The notes under the pieces: model-generated
Told to the model about the DNA's origin: nothing
What the model saw: only the letters and a program-made list of their open reading frames with translations
Database searches by the model: none
Source of the DNA: Pristiophorus japonicus
Taxonomy: Eukaryota
NCBI RefSeq assembly: GCF_044704955.1
Contig: NC_091980.1
Location: forward strand, 11,160,001-11,224,000
Reading direction: 5' to 3'
DNA: 64,000 nucleotides
Shown here: positions 38,564 to 48,789 of the stretch, one piece after another
Layout of the letters: every line of letters begins with the position of its first letter
Numbering within the stretch: position 1 is the first letter of the stretch
Position numbers and translations under genes: made by a program

Positions 38564-39489
38564 AGGCTCCATGATACCACAGCAACATGGCTGATACTGG
38601 CATCTGTTCACTGTGAAGGGAAGCCGGCAGACAAGTCATTCTACGAACTACACAATTCAGTTTGTTGTAAGGCCAGTTGCACAAAGGACAAGGGGCATGG
38701 GTACCTGAACGCATGGGCAGAATTCCGCTTTAAAGTCTCTTTTTTTAATGGCAACACAAGTTGCCGGAGGCCCCTGTTCCCCCGTACCACTGAAAAGGAT
38801 TTTGAGTGAAGTTTTAAAAGTTCATAGATTGTCCAACGGAGTCTTATCGCGATTTCCGCATTGATGCGCACCTGATATTGCTTAGCAAAGACACGAAGTT
38901 GACAGTATAACTGCTGCCAAAATATTAAATATTAGTAACATAAAGTATAAAATAGTAGTATAATAAAGTATAACATATTTGGGGAGCAGGACAATTGGTA
39001 TATAACAACGTTAATATGTAAGGGATGAGAAAAGGGTATTTGGCCTTCATAGATCACCCATTTATTACTCCAAATTAACACTGGTTCGTGCAGTGATAGA
39101 TTACACAGAATTATACAATTTACATAGAAAGCACAACACAGACACAGGCCCTGTCTGTGTTTATGCTCCACAATACCCAACTCCCACCTCTCGTCATCTA
39201 ACCACATCAGCATAATATTTTATAAATATTATTCGGAAACGGTTGATTTGGCACTGACGCTAAACTGATTGTAAATCGGGGGTTAAGACAGAAGGCCAGC
39301 AAAGACTCAATGAGATTTATCGCTTCCAAAATAATTTCAAAAAAGCCGCGATTTTCTGCCCATTAAAATGAGTTGGACCAAAACCACGCCGGCTGGCGCA
39401 GAAGCAGAAAACCTACGGTCCAAATGTTATTCAGGGTCTTTACAATTCACTGGTCAGGACACACTAGTCAACATTTACTGTTTGCGTTA

Positions 39490-39583
39490 AAAAGAAAACA
39501 TACTGGAACTGCTCAGCAGACCAGGCAATATCTGTGGAGAGAGCAACATCAGTTCGATGACCGATGACCTTTTGTCAGAATTG
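39490..39583 (-). mobile_element. Degenerate copy of the short hammerhead-type element
   Basis: Reverse complement aligns to 53096-53190; TTCTGACAAAAGGTCATCG retained, GAAA box lost. Confidence 0.6.
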
Positions 39584-40771
39584 TTTGGGACCATATTTGG
39601 CATGTTCGTGTGACCTTTAGCTGGTTGTTACTTTATTGGCGGTGTTAACACATTGATATTAGGTAGGGCGGTGTCTCCGTTTGAGGAGTCAACAGATGAA
39701 CATTGTGCGAGGGTTTTGCTCATTTACGATTGGTGCTGGAGGGGTGGGCTCTAGACTTGAAGTATGGAAAGTACGAAGTTGGTAAGGTATCCGTGCAGAC
39801 GCTTCAGGTCCACAGTGCAGAAAGAATGTAGTTGTAGGAGAAATCAAAATGTACAATGGTACAGATTAAACAGAGGGTGACTTTAAATTAAGCCTGCAAA
39901 GTAATAGCAGGGGACATATATTTGAATTAGTGTGAAACTGTTTTAAGGTTTTTAGTAGAAAGGACTTTAGCCAACCAACGTGAAGCATGGATGTGAAGCG
40001 GGTTTGATTCTCCCAGAGGCTCAGTGCAGCCTGATATCCCATTGGGGATCTCACCTCCAATTTCATGGTACATTTACTTAATAACTATAGTAGCGGCGTG
40101 CAATACTTTCAAACCAATGCTAATGTTCGTTGATGAATAAATACTTCCTAATGTCGCTTTAAAATCACTTCATATTAATTTGCAGCTCTGTTCAGGTTTA
40201 ATTTCCGTTGCATATTTTGTTTTTCTCTAAAACCACATTTTGTTCTAGGGATGAAACTTCAGTCACCTTATGTCATAGCTCATTCCATTGATATTATGTT
40301 GCTCTTTGCGCCTTCATTAATGGTTGTATATGTTCCTCGTGGCTTGTGATCAGCCATAAACACAACCAGAATCTAGAAATTCAATTTGTAGCACCAATCC
40401 ATAAATCTATACTCATACCACATTCCTCTGTAACAATCACATGGAGGGACCGACCTACCTAAAATAATTTGGTTAAGATTACAATCAAAGTAACCAGCAG
40501 GGAAATGCCACAAAACGTGCCAATTATTCGTACACCAACATAGGAAATGACATTTATTTTAGGATCGAATGTGTTCTGACCAGTACATTGTAAAGTTAGA
40601 ACATTGGTTTATTTGCTTACCTTAGCATTCTTTTTACTTTTATTAAGAAAAGTATTTTGTAAGTATATGCGTGCGTTTCCATATCTGACCAGCATGGACA
40701 TAATGAGATTTATGTTCTCATTTTTATTTTTACATATCAGGTGTCATTATAGCCTTTTAGTCACACAAGTC

Positions 40772-41411
40772 CACACGTCAAATCCGTTGAAGTGCAGCTG
40801 AACGCTACTATGAGAATTATCACCGGTATGCTTTTAGGGACACCAACACATTGGCTGCCCGTGTTTGAAAACATCACACCTATGCCGTGGATATGTAGTC
40901 ACCAGAGAATACAACTGTTCCACCAGCAAAGATATGATGATCCAGGCCAACCTGATCAACGTACCACAAACCCCTTTCAAATCTAGAAGGCCATTTTGGA
41001 CCATCACTGACGAACTTAAGCCATCCCCCCTCAGTCTTGATGACTGCTGGCGAAATGTTTGGATGAACTGCGACATACCAAATGGATTCCATGTAAAGGA
41101 TCCCACAGTACAACCTGAATGAATGAACAAACGTTCCTCGCAAACAGTGGACAACTATCAATCACCTCTGAACCAGTCATGGTAGTTGCTGCCAGCTTCT
41201 CCATAGATGGGAGATTAAAGCACCCCCATCATGTAAATGAGGAGCTCCTAATCAGACCTTGGAGTACAACAACGAACAATGCCCTCAGAGGAAATCCGCA
41301 GGCAGCTTACAAGATATCCACGCTGTTATACTGAAAGCTTTGGACTGGATATCTGCATTAGATATTGATACTTAATTTGCTTTTTTGCGACTACAATACG
41401 AAAGACGAAGC
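40772..41411 (+). mobile_element. Vingi/Ingi-like LINE 3' fragment
   Basis: VEVQLNATMRIITGMLLGTPTHWLPV resembles the Ingi/Vingi ORF C-terminal region; ends ATACGAAAGACGAAG; degenerate TSD AGTCACACAAGTC (40759) / AGTTATACAATTC (41412). Confidence 0.6.
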
Positions 41412-42002
41412 AGTTATACAATTCACCTCCTATTTATAACCGAAAGCCTTGGCTAAAGCTATAAGCCAAGTCAACTTAGAGTATCTATAATTCGCTCACA
41501 CAAGTGTGTCATAGAGCAAATGCTTGTTTGCAGAATCAGTGATTTCACAAGACAGAAGATAACTGGTCTACTATTCTTGAAAGAAGCTTAAAATATTCTG
41601 ATCAAAATAATTAAGGTTGCATTCAAAAGTAATGTTCGATTTCAGTCTCTGGGGAAGGAATACTGAAAGACTTTCACAACGAATGTTCTTTCCGGTAGCA
41701 GTTGAAAAATCGGTCATAATTTGAAAATAATTAAGTTAAGACAGTCATTAATAAATTATATTTAAAGGTACAGAACTTCTTCCTTCCCAAACTAAGACGA
41801 TCACCCAGTGATACGTGAAAAAAAGTATGCTATCGAGGTGATAAAAAATGAAATGGTTTCGTCACATATTTTATACAAGAGAAACGGATGGAAAGTCTCA
41901 ACATTATAACATAAATTGCCCTTTAAATGATTAATGACGACCTTTAGGCGAAAGATTGTGAAAGGAAATTGACCTTCGCTTATGCCAATATGTGCGTATT
42001 AT

Positions 42003-42162
42003 AGTTGCACACTATTAAAAGGCTCATTGTGGTCGATGGCCCTCACATCAGGAAAAATGCAGCTTTAAGAATAACTGATGCAGTTATTGACAGGGACTCG
42101 TCGTGTCGCTGTGCACCAATGAGGATCCGAAATACAAGGAGAGATCTATTGCTCCTCCTCCA
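42003..42162 (+). promoter_or_regulatory. Protocadherin promoter block 3 with CSE
   Basis: GTGTCGCTGTGCACCAAT; CGCT at 42107-42110, 241 bp before ATG 42348. Confidence 0.9.
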
Positions 42163-42347
42163 GCATAAAACGAGAACGGAAAAAGGTCAATCGTTGTCTG
42201 CGTTCAGTTTGCGGAGACAACTGTATCAATTCTTTCCGCATTTGGATGTATCGGTCGATATATTTTGTGATTGGGAAGCTCTTGACCTGAATAGACTGCG
42301 GGTTGAATTCTGTGGGTCTCCGAAAATATCCCGGTCCGTTAGTAAAA

Positions 42348-44729
42348 ATGGCGAATTCATTGAGAACCAACGCCTTGAAATTCAAGCTGTTGGATATAAT
42401 TTTCCTGCTTTCCGCGTCGAATCTGGTTTTCGGACAAATTCACTATTCTATTCGCGAAGAAATGGATCCTGGCACTTTTGTTGGCAATGTCGCCGAAGAT
42501 TTGGGCTTGAACATTCGGAAATTGTCAGCTCGAAAATTCCGACTGACCTCTGCTGACAGAAGGAAGTGTTTGGAGGTGGATTTAGAAAAAGGGATTTTAG
42601 TTGCTAATGAAAGGATAGATAGAGAACAGCTCTGCGGACAGATGCCTGCTTGTGTCCTTTCTATTGAAATTGTAATAGAAGAGCCTCTGGAGATGTACCG
42701 CGGTGAAGTGGAGATTATCGATATAAACGATAATTCTCCCAGGTTCCCGGAGAGCTCCATTCTCTTGCAGATGGCTGAGTCCATTGCAGCAGGTGCCCGC
42801 TTTCCGCTAGAGAGCGCGCTTGATCCAGACGTGGGGACAAACACAGTCACCGATTACAAGATCAGCCCTAATGAACACTTCGGTCTGAAAGTGCAGACTG
42901 CAGAGGACGGCACTAAAACTGCTGAGTTGCTGTTGGAGAAACCCTTGGACCGCGAACGGCAGTCTTCCTTTCAGCTGGTGCTGACGGCCACTGATGGAGG
43001 AGATCCTCAAAGATCTGGGACAGCTCGGATTGTCATTACTGTACTGGACAGCAACGATAACGCGCCTGCATTCGAACACGAGGTCTACAAGGTCAGTCTG
43101 ATAGAAAACTCACCCAAGGGTACGCCGGTGGTTACAGTGCATGCCTCTGACCCAGACGAAGGTCCGAATGCTGAGGTAACATATTTTTTCGGTAACCGTG
43201 CTTCACAAAAAGTGCAAGATTTGTTCAGTTTGGATCCGCGAACAGGAGAGATTAGAGTTGAAGGATTGCTCGATTTTGAAGAAGCAAGCAGTTATTCACT
43301 TGATGTTCATGCTGCGGACAGTGGTTCACCAGTAATTGCAGGACATTCCAAGGTCCTGATCAAGGTAATTGATGTGAATGATAACGCCCCAGAGATATTA
43401 TTGACGTCCGTGACCAGCAGGGTACCTGAAAATACTGTTCCCGGCACTGTGACAGCTTTGATCAATGTAATCGATCGGGATTCTGGAGAAAACGGTCAGG
43501 TGCAATGCCAGATCCCTAAGAACATCCCTTTTAAACTTCAAACACTTTCGAATAACCATTATAAATTGATTACCAGTGGCCTGTTGGATCGTGAAACGGT
43601 TCCAAAGTATAACATACCTGTTTTAGCCTGGGACTCAGGGTCTCCTCCACGATCAACAAATAAAACCATCCAGATTTCGGTTTCTGATGTGAATGATAAC
43701 GCCCCAAGGTTTTCCCGACCCTCGTACACCGTGTATGTGATGGAGAACAACGCTCCGGGTGCTTCTATTTTCAGGGTGACTGCGTTCGATGCTGATCTGG
43801 ACCAGAATTCCTATGTTTCTTATTCTTTCAAAGGTAATCTTCAAAACCCTCCAGTGTCCACATACCTCGATATTAATTCCATGAATGGGACCATTTACGC
43901 GCTGCGCTCTATTGACTATGAACATCTCAAAAACTTTCAGATCCAAGTTCAAGCCCGAGACGCTGGAGTCCCACCACTAAGCAGCAGCGCTACAGTGAAT
44001 GTGATAATCCTGGATCAAAATGACAACGCTCCCTTAATTGTTTCGCCTTCAGCACGGAGCGGATCAGCAGCAGCGGGGATCGTGCCCCAGTCAGCAGGTC
44101 AGGGGTACTTGGTCACCAAGATAATCGCAAGTGACGCAGATTCTGGCCAGAACGCACGGCTCTCCTACCAAGTGCTGAAAGCAACTGATCCCAGTTTGTT
44201 CACGGTTGGACGGAGCTCTGGCGAAATCAGAACAATCCGAGGCATTGTGGAGCAAGATGCCACAACGCAAACTCTGGTGATCTTGGTGAAGGACAATGGA
44301 CAGCCAAGTCTCTCCAGCACTGTTACAATTCTCTTTTCAATCTCAGCCAATGTTACTGAAAGCTTCTCTGAAAGTAGTAACTTGGTCAGAACTCTTGAGA
44401 CTGTCTCTGATCTAAATCTTTATTTAATCATCGCTTTGGGGTCAACCTCCATTATATTTCTTGCAATCATCATTTTCCTGATTGGCATCAAGTGTAAACA
44501 GGATGGAAACATCACTGAAGGCTACAACTCCCCAATATGTTGCTACAGACTAGAAGATTCGAATGATGTCTTTACTCGGAATTCGGTGCCTAAAGATTCT
44601 TCCAATTATTGTGGTCAAACTGTCCCCGATACGTCACGTTACATGGTCTGTCTGTCACCAGAATCATCCAAGAGCGATTTTTTATTTCTAAAGCCTTGCA
44701 ATCCAGCCCTGTCTCAGGAGCAGCGCTAA
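42348..44729 (+). CDS. Clustered-type protocadherin 3 (793 aa)
   Basis: Start placed at AAAATGG (MANS), homologous to the paralogue starts, rather than the TTG at 42303; ends DFLFLKPCNPALSQEQR*. Confidence 0.93.
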   Translation: MANSLRTNALKFKLLDIIFLLSASNLVFGQIHYSIREEMDPGTFVGNVAEDLGLNIRKLSARKFRLTSADRRKCLEVDLEKGILVANERIDREQLCGQMPACVLSIEIVIEEPLEMYRGEVEIIDINDNSPRFPESSILLQMAESIAAGARFPLESALDPDVGTNTVTDYKISPNEHFGLKVQTAEDGTKTAELLLEKPLDRERQSSFQLVLTATDGGDPQRSGTARIVITVLDSNDNAPAFEHEVYKVSLIENSPKGTPVVTVHASDPDEGPNAEVTYFFGNRASQKVQDLFSLDPRTGEIRVEGLLDFEEASSYSLDVHAADSGSPVIAGHSKVLIKVIDVNDNAPEILLTSVTSRVPENTVPGTVTALINVIDRDSGENGQVQCQIPKNIPFKLQTLSNNHYKLITSGLLDRETVPKYNIPVLAWDSGSPPRSTNKTIQISVSDVNDNAPRFSRPSYTVYVMENNAPGASIFRVTAFDADLDQNSYVSYSFKGNLQNPPVSTYLDINSMNGTIYALRSIDYEHLKNFQIQVQARDAGVPPLSSSATVNVIILDQNDNAPLIVSPSARSGSAAAGIVPQSAGQGYLVTKIIASDADSGQNARLSYQVLKATDPSLFTVGRSSGEIRTIRGIVEQDATTQTLVILVKDNGQPSLSSTVTILFSISANVTESFSESSNLVRTLETVSDLNLYLIIALGSTSIIFLAIIIFLIGIKCKQDGNITEGYNSPICCYRLEDSNDVFTRNSVPKDSSNYCGQTVPDTSRYMVCLSPESSKSDFLFLKPCNPALSQEQR

Positions 44730-45417
44730 TTTGTTTGAAATTGGCGAAAATGAGGAACAGAAGCTATTTGTAATAATATATGTTTTAAGATGAAGTGTAA
44801 TAATAGGTTTGTGTGCGCCTCAATCGCCTTTACCATGCCTGAAAAAAGTGCAAACTGCCAGTGTAACAAGTGGCAGCAAATGCAAAATTGCTATTCTCGT
44901 AGAGATCTGTTTCAATTTCCAGATATTGAAATTGAAATTAAACATTTTTTCGAATTTGATGTCACCTATTCTTGAAGCAGATAAAAAAACAACTAAAAAC
45001 ACTCCTCGCACAAGTAGGGTTCGGTACTAACGACTGTTAACGAAGGTATGAAACAGACACACTTCCAAAACACGTTTCCTTCTATCGTTGATCTTGGTTG
45101 CCATGGCGTGAAAACATGTTTAATTTTAGTCCCCATAATAATTAATTGTGCTTGACTTATGAAGACACTGTTTTTAGAGTCTGTGACTCTCTTTTATTAA
45201 TAATTCCCATGACCGAGATTCACGATGGCCTACACAATATGTTGGGTCACAGAAAAATTGAGGACATATTTTCGTTGCTTATTACGTTGAAGGAGAATCG
45301 ATGTGGAATCTCAACATTTTTGCCTAAATTACACTCTAAAGTGGTCTTAACGATTTTGAAAGAGAAATGCTGCAAGAGAATCTACACAGTGGAATTTTTT
45401 CAATTAGTACATTTTAT

Positions 45418-45555
45418 GGTTGTACACTATTAAACATCTACGAGAACAGTCTAGCTTTAAGAATTGCTGATGTAATTATTGAAGAGGACTGCTTGTGTCG
45501 CTGTGCACCAATGAGAAGCTCAAATGCAGCGATGGATCCATTGCGCCGCCCCCTT
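45418..45555 (+). promoter_or_regulatory. Protocadherin promoter block 4 with CSE
   Basis: GTGTCGCTGTGCACCAAT; CGCT at 45499-45502, 238 bp before ATG 45737. Confidence 0.9.
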
Positions 45556-45736
45556 CACAGACATAGATCGGAATGAACCAGAAAGGCGAGCAGTCCCTGC
45601 GTTTCGGTTGTGGAGGCAAGTTCAGAAGGATAGAGATCGCGTCTTTGTAGATTCGGCATTTAGACATATTGGGGCACGTATTTTGAGATTTAATCGACTA
45701 CAGGCCTGGTTTTGGAAAAGATTCAAGTCCGGAACA

Positions 45737-48133
45737 ATGGCGAGCTCGCAGAGCAGCAACGCCTCAGCATGCAAGACGTTCGCTTTTATTTTTCTGCTAT
45801 GCACGGCGCATCTGATTTGCGGACAACTTCGCTATTCTATTCCCGAGGAAATGGAGCAAGGCGCTTTTGTTGGGAATATCGCTGGAGATTTGGAATTGAA
45901 TGTACGGCAGTTGTCAGCTCGTAAATTTCGGCTAGCCTCTGACGACGGAAGGCAGTACATGAAGGTTAGTTTGGATAATGGGGTTTTATCTCTTCGTGAA
46001 AGAATCGACAGGGAGCATATTTGCGGACCATTATCTTCGTGTATTCTTCCTTTCGAAATACTAATAGAAAACCCTTTGGAGATGTATCGCGGTGAAGTGG
46101 AGATTTTGGATCTGAATGACAATTCCCCCAGCTTTGCGGACAGCATCATTTCCTTAGAGATGGCCGAATCAATTGCACCAGGGGTCCGCTTCCCTCTCGA
46201 CAGCGCGCAGGATCCGGACGTTGGAGCAAACACAGTGGCAGCTTACAGAATCAGTACAAACGCGCACTTCGGCCTAGCAATGCAGACATCGGAAGATGGT
46301 ATTAAAAGCGCCGAGTTATTGTTGGAGAAGCCTTTGGACCGCGAGCAGCAGTCGTCCTTTCAACTGGTGCTGACGGCGATTGATGGTGGGATCCCTCCCA
46401 GATCCGGCACAGCTCAGATACTCATCACCGTGCTGGACAGCAACGATAACCCGCCTGTATTCGATCAGGCGATTTACAGGAGCACCTTAACAGAAAACGC
46501 AGCCCTAGGTACCTTGGTGATCAAAGTCAGCGCCAATGATTTGGACGAAGGTCCGAATGCCGAGGTAACATATTCTTTCAGCAAACTTGCTTCGCCAAGA
46601 GTGCGTGAACTGTTCAGTTTGGACCAACACACCGGTGAAATTAGAGTTGAAACAACGCTAGATTTTGAAGATGCAACCAGTTATTCACTTGACGTACAAG
46701 CTGTGGACAACGGTTACCCAGTAATTGCAGGACATGCCAAGGTTCTGATCAAGGTAATTGATGTAAACGACAATGCCCCCGAGATAAAAGCGACATCAGT
46801 GTCGAGCATGGTTTCCGAAGATGTTTCGCCTGGAACTGTGATAACTTTGATCAATGTAATCGATCGTGATTCCGGAGTAAACGGAGAGGTTCACTGTCAG
46901 ATTCCAAAGAACCTCCCCTTTAAGCTTCAAAAATCTTCCAGTAACCGTTACAAATTGGTTACCACTGGATTGCTGGATCGTGAAAATGTCCCTATGTATC
47001 ACATACCCGTTTTAGCCAGGGATTCGGGGTCTCCAGCACTATCAACAAATAAAACCATTCAGATATCGGTTTCTGACGTAAATGATAACGCGCCACGATT
47101 TACCCAAATGTCGTATACCGTGTATGTGATGGAGAACAATGCTCCTGGTGCCTCTATTTTTGCTGTTGCTGCTTTGGATCCCGATACGGATCAGAATTCC
47201 CATGTTTCCTATGCCATGATGGCGAATCTGATCCAAGATCTGCCGACGTCTCATTACATCAATGTTAACTCCAAAAATGGGGAAATTTACGCGCTGCGCT
47301 CTTTTGACTACGAGCAACTGAAGACCTTTCAGATCCAAGTTCAAGCCCGAGACGCCGGAGTCCCCTCACTGAGCAGCAGCGCTACAGTGAATGTGATTAT
47401 CCTGGATCAAAATGACAACGTTCCCGTAATTGTTTCACCTCCAGGATCGAGCGGATCAGCAGCAGTGGAGATCGTGCCTCAGTCAGCGGGTCAGGGGTAC
47501 TTGGTCACCAAGATAATCGCAACTGACGCTGATTCTGGCCAGAACGCACGGCTCTCCTACCAAGTGCTGAAAGCAACTGATCCCAGTTTGTTCAATGTGG
47601 GGCTTAACTCTGGAGAAATCAGAACAGCCCGAGGCATTTTGGAGCAAGATGCCACCACACAAAGTCTGGTGATCCAGGTGAAGGATAATGGGCAGCCAAG
47701 CCTCTCCAGCACCGTTACAGCTCTCTTTTCAATTCTGGATAATGTTACTGAAATATTCTCTGAAAGTAGCAACTTGGTCAGAAATCCTGAATATGTCTCT
47801 GATCTAAATCTCTATTTAATTATCGCTTTGGGTTCGACGACCTTAATATTTCTTGTAACAATAATTTTCCTGGTTGCCATCAAGTGTACACAGGACAGAA
47901 ATCTTATTGAAGGCTACAACTCCCCAATATCTTGCTACAGACGGGAGGATTCCAATTATACCTATACCGGGAGACCTACGCCGACTGAACCTGTAAATTA
48001 TACTGGTGTTGGACAGATGGTTCCCGACGCTGAACCTTATCATTATACGGTTTGTTTATCCCCGGAATCATCCAAGACAGATTTTTTGTACTTGAAGCCC
48101 TATATTTCACCGTTGCCTCAAGAGCAATGTTAG
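45737..48133 (+). CDS. Clustered-type protocadherin 4 (798 aa)
   Basis: Start placed at ACAATGG (MASSQS), followed by the signal peptide; ends DFLYLKPYISPLPQEQC*. Confidence 0.93.
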   Translation: MASSQSSNASACKTFAFIFLLCTAHLICGQLRYSIPEEMEQGAFVGNIAGDLELNVRQLSARKFRLASDDGRQYMKVSLDNGVLSLRERIDREHICGPLSSCILPFEILIENPLEMYRGEVEILDLNDNSPSFADSIISLEMAESIAPGVRFPLDSAQDPDVGANTVAAYRISTNAHFGLAMQTSEDGIKSAELLLEKPLDREQQSSFQLVLTAIDGGIPPRSGTAQILITVLDSNDNPPVFDQAIYRSTLTENAALGTLVIKVSANDLDEGPNAEVTYSFSKLASPRVRELFSLDQHTGEIRVETTLDFEDATSYSLDVQAVDNGYPVIAGHAKVLIKVIDVNDNAPEIKATSVSSMVSEDVSPGTVITLINVIDRDSGVNGEVHCQIPKNLPFKLQKSSSNRYKLVTTGLLDRENVPMYHIPVLARDSGSPALSTNKTIQISVSDVNDNAPRFTQMSYTVYVMENNAPGASIFAVAALDPDTDQNSHVSYAMMANLIQDLPTSHYINVNSKNGEIYALRSFDYEQLKTFQIQVQARDAGVPSLSSSATVNVIILDQNDNVPVIVSPPGSSGSAAVEIVPQSAGQGYLVTKIIATDADSGQNARLSYQVLKATDPSLFNVGLNSGEIRTARGILEQDATTQSLVIQVKDNGQPSLSSTVTALFSILDNVTEIFSESSNLVRNPEYVSDLNLYLIIALGSTTLIFLVTIIFLVAIKCTQDRNLIEGYNSPISCYRREDSNYTYTGRPTPTEPVNYTGVGQMVPDAEPYHYTVCLSPESSKTDFLYLKPYISPLPQEQC

Positions 48134-48278
48134 GTACTGCCACTGTGATATTAAAATAGGCAGAATGACTTAGTTCTGGTTACATATACCGACTTACTGC
48201 TATAAGAACTGAGTTGGAATACAAAGTCTTGCTTTAATGTAAATTGTATGGATATCGATAAATAAGCACTCAATCACA

Positions 48279-48312
48279 AATAAATAATTAATTGAACGAA
48301 TGAATAAATAAA
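48279..48312 (+). terminator. Candidate poly(A) signals, gene 4
   Basis: AATAAA at 48279, 48303 and 48307, then a U/GU-rich tract at about 48338-48353. Confidence 0.5.
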
Positions 48313-48789
48313 TAGTGAAATGATCTGGGTTCAACCTCTTTTTGTTTTATTTCAGTGATCTCTTGCCACTTATCTAAGAAACCAATGCATTTATTTAACA
48401 TATTTGATGGTTTAAGCTAGTGCACCTTCACATATTATTGCACACCTCGACGTGATATGGACAGCAAATATGTAGTACTAATTTGTAGTGCTAATATTAC
48501 AAGTAAATTTTGAGATTTAGCCACACTAACATTTTTCTTTCATTTACTCTTGTAGCATAACTCTCATCCTTTAACTAAATGGACCCGAAATAGTTGTAAT
48601 ATAAAACTGCATTAATTGTACCGAGGTCATATACACAGGTTCTTCCCCCCGATCTGCCAGGTTGCTGGCCATAAGGACATTTTAAGCAGTTCGCATGATG
48701 AAGTTGAGCTGGAATTTGTACCATTCTTAAACAAGAAAACAAACCTCTTTCACTTCCAAGGTATTTCGAGAATAAACTCACAACTAGTC

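Noticed and set aside
42303-42347. ORF-track start for gene 3 at 42303
   Set aside because: It is a TTG; the paralogue-homologous ATG and signal peptide begin at 42348
28878-47772. Recurrent antisense ORFs inside the Pcdh genes (MTVFVPTSGSS..., MFSITYTVY..., MLLSE...)
   Set aside because: They mirror the paralogous sense CDSs, often start at non-ATG codons, and show no independent coding signal
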